From Candidatus Hermodarchaeota archaeon (GTDB lineage Archaea; Asgardarchaeota; Hermodarchaeia; Hermodarchaeales; Hermodarchaeaceae), in contig JAEOTO010000032.1 of NCBI GenBank assembly GCA_016839805.1, positions 20,232 to 52,231 of the forward strand: a stretch of DNA of 32,000 nt, given 5' to 3'. Below the pieces are notes generated by a model. The model did no database searches. It saw only the letters and a list, made by a program, of their open reading frames with translations, and was not told where the DNA came from. The translations under genes were made by a program, and so were the position numbers. Positions 1 to 7,051 of this stretch are shown piece after piece (position 1 is the first letter of the stretch; each line of letters opens with the position of its first letter).

Positions 1-1227
1 ATGTCGTAGTCGTTCGGTGATGACATCGGCGCGAACAGCTGTTTTGATATTGGGTGTTCGTCCTCGTGTCGCAGTTCGTTCTAGCTGATATTTGATATCG
101 CGGCAGAGATTGAGAAAAGCTACACGGAACAGACTTGTAAGTAAGTCTCCTGCCAACTTCAATCGCTTGTTGGCATAATGGTCCTTATCATCTTGCTCAC
201 GTTGATCAACACTGAGTTCCAAGAGTCGTTGAGTCATTTGACCTACGTAATGTGCTTTAGCCATTGCAGATCCTGAATCAGTCCCGATATGAGGAAGGAG
301 ATATCTATTGAGAACTTGCTCAGCGCGTCGTAAACGATAATCTTTCGTTTGTCCAACAGCAACACGTTTTCCAATGTAATCTAGAGCATTTTCACGGGTT
401 GCCTTGGAATCTTTGGGAACTACTAGGGACTCAGCTGCATGAAAACTTGGTATTAATTCCTGGGCTAATGATGGATCATCTGTAATTGTAGCAACGACTT
501 CTCGGTCAGTTACCAATCCTAGGGCTCGCATTAACACTACAAGAGGAATTTTACCAGGGACTGATGGGAAGGACACCCGGAAAGTATGATCCGTACGCCG
601 TTCCATCGTTACAGGGGCACGGAATCCTCGGGCGGTAGAAAAAACTTTGGCCATATGAGTGCATGCACTACTGCTAGTAGCTTCTTCGATAAGAATTCGA
701 TTTGGTGCTAGATCTTCCTGAGTAACCAGGACCCGTTCTGATCCATTGATGATAAAATATCCACCGGGATCATTCGGGTCTTCTCCAGCCTCAACCAGGT
801 CTTCAGGAGTCATTGCCGAAAGCCGACAAAACGCTGACTTAAGCATTATCGGGAGACGCCCAACATAAACACTAGTAGTTTCCTCATCATATTCCATACC
901 CGTTTTCTTGTCTCGATATACCGGTGTCATTTCAAGATAAATGGGAGATGAATATGTGAGGTTACGAATTCTAGCCTCAGCGGGGGCGATATTACGAACG
1001 GAGCCATCGGCTTCACGGACCGAAGGATTCTGGATTTCCACACGCCCTAACCGCACAAAATAATCCTTATCAGGAATGTCAGGCTCGATTTTACCAACAT
1101 CGCTAATAATTTGTTGAAGACGCCGTTCAACAAAGTCATTATATGAATCCAGATGCTGGCGTACCAATCCCTTCGAAATAAAAAAGGATTTCATAACTGC
1201 CCAACGGTCTTCAGATGTAAGTACCAT
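1..1227 (-). CDS. rpoB: DNA-directed RNA polymerase subunit B (Rpo2), N-terminal 409 codons; runs off the window start
   Basis: Absent from the ORF track because it is truncated at the window edge. Manual minus-strand translation from ATG at 1227 gives MVLTSEDRWAVMKSFFISKGLVRQHLDSYNDFVERRLQQIISDVGKIEPD..VRLGRVEIQNPSVREADGS..PAEARIRNLTYSSPIYLEM. The SFF..GLV.QHLDSYN.FV and EAR.RNLTYS motifs are the conserved N-terminus of the archaeal/eukaryal second-largest RNAP subunit. The frame stays open to position 1. Confidence 0.85.
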   Translation of the reverse strand, partial: MVLTSEDRWAVMKSFFISKGLVRQHLDSYNDFVERRLQQIISDVGKIEPDIPDKDYFVRLGRVEIQNPSVREADGSVRNIAPAEARIRNLTYSSPIYLEMTPVYRDKKTGMEYDEETTSVYVGRLPIMLKSAFCRLSAMTPEDLVEAGEDPNDPGGYFIINGSERVLVTQEDLAPNRILIEEATSSSACTHMAKVFSTARGFRAPVTMERRTDHTFRVSFPSVPGKIPLVVLMRALGLVTDREVVATITDDPSLAQELIPSFHAAESLVVPKDSKATRENALDYIGKRVAVGQTKDYRLRRAEQVLNRYLLPHIGTDSGSAMAKAHYVGQMTQRLLELSVDQREQDDKDHYANKRLKLAGDLLTSLFRVAFLNLCRDIKYQLERTATRGRTPNIKTAVRADVITERLRH

Positions 1228-1239
1228 ATTCCACCCTCA

Positions 1240-1529
1240 GAGACGATTCTGCTCAATATGCGACGGGAATCTCACCCTCACCAGACGGCATCATACTTCC
1301 ATGAGCCCATATAGCTAAAGCCCGCATGAGAAACTTAGAATCCTTTGCCCTATGAACCAGAGCGGGTACATCGTCTCATTAGCAATTTTTGCCCAGGCAG
1401 AAACATGCGGCGCCAAACCAGCCGTCGCTCCAGCGAAGCATACCGTCTGCGGAGTTAAGGCGACAATGTACAAACGCCTTTTTAAGCTTTCGATTAAACA
1501 TTGCAGGTTTCGATTAAACACTTCGTGAG
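1240..1529 (-). ncRNA. Candidate guide-RNA (omega/reRNA) scaffold and right-end region of the TnpB-1 element; boundaries not determined
   Basis: About 300 nt between the TnpB-1 stop (TAG 1530-1532) and the rpoB start. The only ORF is an unconvincing 68-aa GTG ORF. Several local stems are visible on the minus strand (GGCG..CGCC, TCGCT-GGA-GCGA, CCCGC...GCGGG). In IS200/IS605 elements the TnpB guide RNA derives from the 3' end of tnpB plus the right end (established knowledge). The call rests on position only. Confidence 0.3.
1488..1520. repeat. 13-nt direct repeat tttcgattaaaca x2 (1488-1500 and 1508-1520; period 20 nt)
   Basis: Read directly from the sequence: ...gctTTCGATTAAACAttgcaggTTTCGATTAAACActtcg. 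It lies 10-40 nt downstream of the TnpB-1 stop on the minus strand, where it reads GTTTAATCGAAA. Confidence 0.9.
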
Positions 1530-2729
1530 CTACCCCGTCTTTGCAGATGAGGTTTCCTGCTTCATCGTTTCAGCCAGTGCTGACAGCTCCACAGGCTCTT
1601 CCCGAGGCTCCCTCGGTGCCATGACGGACCGAAGTCCTATCATCTTGATATTTTTTGCAGCATTGATGTCCCGATCATGATGAGTTCTACATTCTGTGCA
1701 AACCCATTCACGATCTGCAATTTGAAGCGCGGTATTCTTGAATCCGCAAGTTGAACATAGCTTGCTAGTTGACTCAAAGCGTCCAATCTCGATTAAAGTC
1801 ACGCCATGCATTTCGGCTTTATCTTTCAACATCCGAAGAAAGCTAGACCATGCCGCGTCTGAGATTTGTCTTGCCAGCTTTCTGTTACTCATCATACCTC
1901 GAACATTCAAACTCTCTACTATAATCGCTTGGTTCTCGCGAATTAGTCGTGTAGATAGTTTTTGTTGAAAGTCCATTCGCTGATTGGTAATGCGTTCGTA
2001 GCATTGAGCTAGCCTGTGTCTTGCCTTCTCTCGGTTTTTCGAGCCTTTCTTCTTTTTGCTTAACCTTTGGTGTAGACAGCGTAACCTTTTGAGCGCATGC
2101 TGAATCGGTCTGGGATTTCCGATTTTCTCACCAGTGGATAGTGTAGCATAGGAAGTGAGTCCGACATCAATTCCAACTGAACCCTGTGTGGTGACCAAGC
2201 TCTTCTCAGGAGGTTGTTTCCCATCCTCTACAACGATACAAATGAAGAACTTACCCGTGTTAGTAGAAACGATTATACATTCTTTCGGATTGCCCGTGAA
2301 CCTTCGATGGAAGACGGCCTTTACTTTCCCAATTTTAGGAAGACGCACTCTTCGAGCTTCAAAGTCAACCTTAAAATTAGGGACAACAAAGGACTGACGA
2401 TGAGCTTTTCTCCTCTTGAACTTAGGATATCCAGGGTTCTCACCAAGCTTTACTCGCCGAAAGAAGTGTTGATATGCTAGAACTACCCGCTTAACAGCAT
2501 GTATAAGAGACTGCGAGTAGGCTTCCTTCAGAAAAAGATTGGCTTGTTTCAGACTTGTGAGTAAATAGTTTAATTCGTACCAGCTGAGACATTTACCATC
2601 AGCCTCATAGGCATGTTTCTTCCTTTCGAGAGCCCAATTATAGACGAACCGACAAGCATCGATATTTTTTCGAATTTGTTCACGCTGAACCTTATTCGGG
2701 TATAGGCGATACCGGTAGGTCCGCAGCAT
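1530..2729 (-). CDS. tnpB: TnpB / IS200-IS605 OrfB-family RNA-guided endonuclease (TnpB-1), no adjacent tnpA
   Basis: ORF-track protein. N-terminus MLRTYRYRLYPNKVQ; RuvC motifs GIDVGLTS, IIVESLNV and DRDINAAKNI; zinc finger CSTCG...CTEC. ATG at 2729 (MLRTYRYRLYP) is preferred over GTG at 2744 because it matches the family N-terminus. Confidence 0.9.
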   Translation of the reverse strand: MLRTYRYRLYPNKVQREQIRKNIDACRFVYNWALERKKHAYEADGKCLSWYELNYLLTSLKQANLFLKEAYSQSLIHAVKRVVLAYQHFFRRVKLGENPGYPKFKRRKAHRQSFVVPNFKVDFEARRVRLPKIGKVKAVFHRRFTGNPKECIIVSTNTGKFFICIVVEDGKQPPEKSLVTTQGSVGIDVGLTSYATLSTGEKIGNPRPIQHALKRLRCLHQRLSKKKKGSKNREKARHRLAQCYERITNQRMDFQQKLSTRLIRENQAIIVESLNVRGMMSNRKLARQISDAAWSSFLRMLKDKAEMHGVTLIEIGRFESTSKLCSTCGFKNTALQIADREWVCTECRTHHDRDINAAKNIKMIGLRSVMAPREPREEPVELSALAETMKQETSSAKTG

Positions 2730-2796
2730 ATAATTACGTTCCACAGGTAGCTATTTGAAGTCCTTGATTCGTACCTGCTTCACGCAAAAGGAAAAG

Positions 2797-2934
2797 TGGC
2801 GCCCGCTCCGGGATTCGAACCCGAGTCCTAGGAGATCCGCAAATCTATGAATCATCATAGACCGTTGACAGTCCCAGATGATAAACCTGGCTTCGTGTTC
2901 GCGCCAAAATGGCAACGAAATACACTAAGCGGGC
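2797..2934 (-). tRNA. tRNA-Asp(GUC) with two introns: D-loop about 29 nt, anticodon loop about 31 nt; CCA encoded
   Basis: Minus-strand read: GCCCGCT TA GTGTA[..intron..]GCCAGGTTTATCAT C TGGGA CTGTCAA[CGGTCTATGATGATTCATAGATTTGCGGATC] TCCTA GGAC TCGGG TTCGAAT CCCGG AGCGGGC G CCA. The acceptor pairs 7/7, the anticodon stem is TGGGA/TCCTA, and the loop is CT-GTC-AA. An oligo-T tract (CTTTTCCTTTT) follows. Exact intron borders are inferred. Confidence 0.8.
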
Positions 2935-3008
2935 CCTTGTGTTTTTGTGAGAATTACATTGCGTGATTTAAAGGTTCCTCTGGTCTGAGTTACTTGTTCG
3001 GAAGGATA

Positions 3009-3140
3009 TGGTCCCGGCGCCCGGATTTGAACCAGGAACCATCTGGTATCTGCGTTGGTTGACACCGGGTCATTGCCATATGGCTCAGGGTGCGGTGGTT
3101 ACCTACAGCCAGACGCTCTACCAGGTTGAGCTACGCCGGG
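3009..3140 (-). tRNA. tRNA-Tyr(GUA) with one canonical-position anticodon-loop intron of about 55 nt; CCA encoded
   Basis: Minus-strand read: CCCGGCG TA GCTCAACCTGGTAGAGC G TCTGG CTGTAG[intron]A CCAGA TGGTT CCTGG TTCAAAT CCGGG CGCCGGG A CCA. Confidence 0.85.
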
Positions 3141-3183
3141 ATGGTGCGAAAAGTAGCTTTGGTTGAGTAGCTTATAAGAGTTT

Positions 3184-3672
3184 TCAAAGGATTTCATGGA
3201 ATATCTGGGTTAGGGTGTCAATGATTGATTGTGCAGCAACTTTTACAGGTTTAGAGAAAGGTTGGGCGAATTCGTCCGTGAAGGGCTGGATGCCAAGAAT
3301 TAGGATTGTGGTTGTGATACTATTTTCGATGTATTCAATGAAGAAGGTGAGGGGAAGTTGGTGTGATGAGAAGGCAATGCCTCCGATTGAGGTTTTATCT
3401 ATTAAACGAATTGTTCCGGGTTCGGCTTGCATGAGAGCAGCGTCAATGAGTAGAATGAAAGAAGGATTCGAGTCGATGAGGTGGGTAATGAAGTTTTCAG
3501 GCACAGTACTGGCGTTAATTAATTCTATATTTGGTGGATTAAGAGCTTGAAGGTGGTCTATAATGTAGGGTCCGATACCATCATCAGCTTTCATGTCGTT
3601 GCCAATTCCGACGATTACACTTTTGTTTGATTTCTTGAAGGTGGTTTTAAGTTGTTGCTGCCAGGATTGCAT
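3184..3672 (-). CDS. Hydrogenase maturation protease family (HycI/FrhD-like endopeptidase)
   Basis: VIVGIGNDMKADDGIGPYIIDHL matches the GxGNxxxxDDGxG signature of hydrogenase maturation proteases. The start is set at ATG 3672 (MQSWQQQL), which avoids overlap with the divergent endA-like gene; the track ORF extends to 3843. Confidence 0.7.
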   Translation of the reverse strand: MQSWQQQLKTTFKKSNKSVIVGIGNDMKADDGIGPYIIDHLQALNPPNIELINASTVPENFITHLIDSNPSFILLIDAALMQAEPGTIRLIDKTSIGGIAFSSHQLPLTFFIEYIENSITTTILILGIQPFTDEFAQPFSKPVKVAAQSIIDTLTQIFHEIL

Positions 3673-3742
3673 TGTATTTTTGGAGACGGGAAGAATGTTA
3701 TATAGCTTCGCCTCTTTTCGGTTCAGTAAGTGGTGAAGGATT

Positions 3743-4339
3743 GTGACAGATGAGAAATCCTTGGAGATAAAAGCTCCTGAAGATGAACGTCCACAACTCC
3801 CGGATGAATCTATCCCTGCACAATTTTCACGCGGTCGAGTCACTGTGAAGGGAGAGCAGGCGCCCCTACTGTATGAGGCTGGATATTATGGTACCTTGAA
3901 GAATGGAAATAAATTGATATTAGAGCCAGAAGAAGTTTTATTGTTAGTTCGACGCCAACGCATTCAAGTATCGGATTCAAAGGGAACTAATTTTGAATTT
4001 GCTGATTTACTGGAACAACTTGGTGAACGGCATCCAGGTTTGTGGACTAGGTTTCTTGTATATAGTGATCTACGAAGCCGTGGATATGTCGTCCGGACAG
4101 GATATGGTAAGGGGTTATTATTTCGGGTATATCCACGTGGAGCTAAACTCAATGAAGCGACAGCAAAATATTTCGTGTGTGTCATTTCAGAGGGGGTGCC
4201 ATTAAAAGTTACAGAAATTGAGACTTTCAGTAAGCAGGCAAAGCGCAATCGAAAGAAGCTAATGCTTGCTGTCCTAGACCGACAAGGTGAAACGACCTAC
4301 TACCTTGTAGCTCCTGCAGATATTGTTGCAGAGAAATGA
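3743..4339 (+). CDS. endA: tRNA-splicing (intron) endonuclease EndA family; catalytic His position substituted (possible structural/beta-type subunit)
   Basis: FLVYSDLRSRGYVVRTGYGKGLLFRVYPRG....KYFVCV...RKKLMLAVLD..TYY aligns with the EndA C-terminal catalytic domain (M. jannaschii [41 protein letters not shown]...RKKLLIAIVD). GTG start. Confidence 0.85.
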   Translation: MTDEKSLEIKAPEDERPQLPDESIPAQFSRGRVTVKGEQAPLLYEAGYYGTLKNGNKLILEPEEVLLLVRRQRIQVSDSKGTNFEFADLLEQLGERHPGLWTRFLVYSDLRSRGYVVRTGYGKGLLFRVYPRGAKLNEATAKYFVCVISEGVPLKVTEIETFSKQAKRNRKKLMLAVLDRQGETTYYLVAPADIVAEK

Positions 4340-4353
4340 TATAATTGGAGGAG

Positions 4354-4475
4354 TGGCGGGCCCGCCGGGATTTTCGGCGTCTCTGAAGAAAGACGCATTC
4401 GAACCCGGGATTACCAGCTTAGGAGGCTGGCGCCTTCTTCGGGGATATGCTCCAATCCGACTTGGCCACGGGCCC
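4354..4475 (-). tRNA. tRNA-Arg(CCU) with two non-canonical introns (D-loop about 19 nt, T-loop region about 26 nt); CCA encoded
   Basis: Minus-strand read: GGGCCCG TG GCC AAGTCGGAT[TGGAGCATATCCCCGAAGA]A GGC G CCAGC CTCCTAA GCTGG TAATC CCGGG TTCGAAT[GCGTCTTTCTTCAGAGACGCCGAAAAT] CCCGG CGGGCCC G CCA. The anticodon loop is CT-CCT-AA. Intron borders are approximate. Confidence 0.8.
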
Positions 4476-4522
4476 TTGACCTTCAATTGCGCAAAGAAGT
4501 TAGTACTTATGCTCTTTTTGCT

Positions 4523-5209
4523 TTACCGTTGCAGTAGCGTCGCACCTTTGCCCTTACCGACGTAGACGACATCTGCATAAGTGGGGAAGAGACCGTTTTC
4601 GAGAACCCCTGGAATGACGTTCAGACGTTCTTCTAGCCTAGCAGGGTTTGGAATTTGTGGAAATGTTACATCTAGTATGAAGTTTCCATTATCAGTGATT
4701 ATTGGTCCAGCCTTTCGATCAGCTTGACGAAGCCTCGGTGAGCCGCCTAGTTTTTGGATTCGATCCATAGTAAGAGCAAGAGCGTCTGGCAGTATTTCTA
4801 CTGGAACTGGCATCCTGGTGCCCAACTTATCAACGAGTTTGGCACTATCCACGATAATAATTAGTTGTTGGGCTGCTGCGGCTAATATCTTCTCCCGCAG
4901 GAGTGCAGCTCCACCCCCCTTGATAAGTGCAAGTTTCGTGTCAACTTCATCTGCACCATCCACTGCACACACAAGACTTGTAACACGCCCAAGCGGCAGA
5001 GTAGCGATTCCCGCATCATGAAGTCGCAGCTCTGTGGCATAAGAGCTAGGAACGGCCGTAATTGAAATATTTTCAGCCGCGACCTTCTCGACTAGTAATT
5101 CAATAAAAAGTTCAACTGTTGATCCAGTTCCAACGCCTAGACACATTCCATCTGAAACGTGGTTGATTGCCGCTTCTGCAGCCAGACGTTTTTCCTCAGC
5201 AGATGTCAT
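4523..5209 (-). CDS. rpiA: Ribose-5-phosphate isomerase A
   Basis: GVGTGSTV, VPSS, DGADEVD and LIKGGGAALLREKI are the RpiA signature motifs; 228 aa is the typical length. Confidence 0.93.
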   Translation of the reverse strand: MTSAEEKRLAAEAAINHVSDGMCLGVGTGSTVELFIELLVEKVAAENISITAVPSSYATELRLHDAGIATLPLGRVTSLVCAVDGADEVDTKLALIKGGGAALLREKILAAAAQQLIIIVDSAKLVDKLGTRMPVPVEILPDALALTMDRIQKLGGSPRLRQADRKAGPIITDNGNFILDVTFPQIPNPARLEERLNVIPGVLENGLFPTYADVVYVGKGKGATLLQR

Positions 5210-5317
5210 TTTGTATCCATCCTTCTACCAGATACACACGTATATCATTTCAAACACTTGACCCTTAAAAATCCCATATAGAAATCAAGTTACTTAAAGA
5301 AAATAAATAGTGTAAAG

Positions 5318-5327
5318 ATGGAGCCTC
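5318..5327. repeat. 10-nt direct repeat atggagcctc, copy 1 (copy 2 at 6961-6970 is the 3' end of tRNA-Thr(GGU) plus 1 nt)
   Basis: Exact 10/10 match read from the sequence. On the minus strand it reads GAGGCTCCAT, which is the acceptor 3' strand + discriminator + CCA + 1 nt. Confidence 0.9.
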
Positions 5328-5537
5328 GGGCGAGAAAGTTCGTGTCCATGAAGTACACGATTCGTTGGAATAGTGCCGATATCGAGAAAAGGGAAATACA
5401 CTAGCGTTCTTGCTAAGCAAGAAGGCTGAAAAATATCGGTCTTATCCGTTCCATATCAGGGCCCTTTCCGTTGCCCTCACCATCCAGCCATTTATGGTCA
5501 TGGAGGGCGTGTTTGCGTTACCGACAAACATAGCGAG
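5318..5537 (-). ncRNA. Candidate guide-RNA scaffold / right-end region of the TnpB-2 element, ending in a tRNA-3'-end-like fragment
   Basis: No credible ORF. Visible stems on the forward strand: CCGATAT 5376-5382 with ATATCGG 5433-5439, enclosing hairpin cttgctaagcaag 5409-5421, plus hairpin cgtgtccatgaagtacacg 5341-5359. It sits immediately 3' of a TnpB-family gene. The call rests on position and structure only. Confidence 0.3.
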
Positions 5538-6890
5538 TTATTCCATCTTTACTATTTTCTTAATTTGACGTTTACCACGACGTGCTAGTTCAATTGCAGC
5601 GTTTACATCTCTTGGGAGTTTTATGCCACAGGCAGGACACCGAAAAACAGAATGACTAAATCTCGTTAACAGACAAAGACATCCCCGAGGGCAGATGCAA
5701 CTAGAATAAGCTGCATTTACCCAAATGACCGGAATACTATGTAATGCCGCGTTTCTCTGGATGGTTTTCCCCATTTCTCCTCTAGCCCATTTACTAAGTT
5801 GATCCCGTAATTTCGGCTTTGCCCAAGGTGTTCTTCTTCGAGTAGGTTGATAAGTGCTAAGATTTTCAAGAGAAATAATTGGGTGATTAAACTGGGCTGC
5901 GTAGCGTACTATCACGTTAGCAGTTGTGTTAATCCAATGTTTAATTATACGTTGGGTTTTTTTGTCGAGGGCTTGGATCTCTTCAGACTTATTTAGTCTT
6001 GAAGCTTTTTTTCGTTTCCCCCAAAGTTGTCCTAGCTGATGTTTAAGCCGTTTCCCGGATACTACCTTTGCAGGAAGTATTCGTTCGTCATTGGAAATTG
6101 CTACTGCAGCAGCAAGAGAATTAATTCCCAAATCAACACCTATCACTGTTGGATTGGTTAAATTTTCTATTTTGGGAACATTGACTTTAGTTGTCACTGG
6201 AACAGCCAAGTAGACTTTCTCTTCACGGTTAATGAGCCTTGGAGCTCCTATCGAATATCCTTCTTTTCCATTGAGTGCTTGACGGATAAGTTGTTCAGGT
6301 TTGCCACCAATAACAGCTCGTGTTTTAACAACCACCCTGTCAATAGATACATGGATATCTTGAGTGTCTGAGTCAATGAAAATCCGTAGGTTGGTCTGAG
6401 GCCATTGACCACGTTGACTGCCTGGCCAACCTTTGAGGTTATCTGAATATGAAACTATTCGGTTTAGCCCCGGCAAAGGTTCAGGTAAATCAATACATTT
6501 CTTCGAAGTCCATCTAGTCCAACTCTTTAGTATTTCGTAAGTTAGAACGCGTTCCTTTTTCCAATAAGATAACCATTGATAGGCTTCTCGTCCTGCCCGA
6601 TCCAACATACGTGCTGGAAGTTGAGCAAAAGTTGGATGTTTCCGTAATTCGTGATAGATTTCCTTTTCTGTACAGTTTCCCTCCTGTAAAAGGTTAATAA
6701 ATCGTCGGATTGCTCGGGTGTATAATCGTCGTAATCGATAAACTACATTTGTAGTAACTTCAGGTAAACTAAGCCAAACAGTTCGTGTAACGGATTCAAT
6801 CGTTTGGATATGATTTTGAACTCCTTTAAGCGGTCGTTCAGAGGATTCAACTACTTCAGATAATGCCGCGATCTCTATTTGACCCATCAA
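5538..6890 (-). CDS. Divergent TnpB-like RuvC nuclease (TnpB-2, 450 aa), no adjacent tnpA
   Basis: C-terminal half carries GVDLGINS (RuvC-I), PIISLENL (RuvC-II Glu), a Cys-rich finger (SSCICPRGCLC...FRCPACG) and PRDVNAAIELARRG (RuvC-III). The N-terminal ~240 aa are divergent and lack the YRYxLxP start seen in the other two copies. Start is TTG 6890 or ATG 6887. Confidence 0.8.
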   Translation of the reverse strand: MMGQIEIAALSEVVESSERPLKGVQNHIQTIESVTRTVWLSLPEVTTNVVYRLRRLYTRAIRRFINLLQEGNCTEKEIYHELRKHPTFAQLPARMLDRAGREAYQWLSYWKKERVLTYEILKSWTRWTSKKCIDLPEPLPGLNRIVSYSDNLKGWPGSQRGQWPQTNLRIFIDSDTQDIHVSIDRVVVKTRAVIGGKPEQLIRQALNGKEGYSIGAPRLINREEKVYLAVPVTTKVNVPKIENLTNPTVIGVDLGINSLAAAVAISNDERILPAKVVSGKRLKHQLGQLWGKRKKASRLNKSEEIQALDKKTQRIIKHWINTTANVIVRYAAQFNHPIISLENLSTYQPTRRRTPWAKPKLRDQLSKWARGEMGKTIQRNAALHSIPVIWVNAAYSSCICPRGCLCLLTRFSHSVFRCPACGIKLPRDVNAAIELARRGKRQIKKIVKME

Positions 6891-6961
6891 TCCAACCTAA
6901 TACCAAATAACATGAACACGCGTTTATTTCCATTAGAGACTTGGTTATAAATGAAAAATAA

Positions 6962-7038
6962 TGGAGCCTCAGCCGGGATTCGAACCCGGGATCCCCACCT
7001 TACCAAGGTGGTGCGCTACCATGCTATGCCACTGAGGC
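6962..7038 (-). tRNA. tRNA-Thr(GGU), intron-less, CCA encoded
   Basis: Minus-strand read: GCCTCAG TG GCATAGCATGGTAGCGC A CCACC TTGGTAA GGTGG GGATC CCGGG TTCGAAT CCCGG CTGAGGC T CCA, followed by TTATTTTT. Confidence 0.93.
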
Positions 7039-7051
7039 TTGACAAATGATA

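Noticed and set aside
1245-1310. C/D-box sRNA-like arrangement upstream of rpoB (ATGATGC ... CTGA), and ATGATGA motifs in the tRNA-Asp intron (about 2840-2846) and at 12316
   Set aside because: The C box is imperfect or no matching D/D'/C' set and terminal stem could be found. The TATGAT strings in tRNA-Pro and tRNA-Val are exon D-arm sequence. The evidence is too weak for a call.
1488-1520. GTTTAATCGAAA(C) repeat (minus strand) as a possible mini-CRISPR array
   Set aside because: There are only two 13-nt copies, separated by 7 nt, and no cas genes. Repeat and spacer lengths are far below CRISPR dimensions.
1315-1521. 68-aa minus-strand ORF between TnpB-1 and rpoB; checked as a possible rpoH
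   Set aside because: It shows no similarity to RpoH, has a GTG start inside the 13-nt tandem repeat, and lies in a region better explained as the IS right end or guide RNA plus the rpoB promoter.
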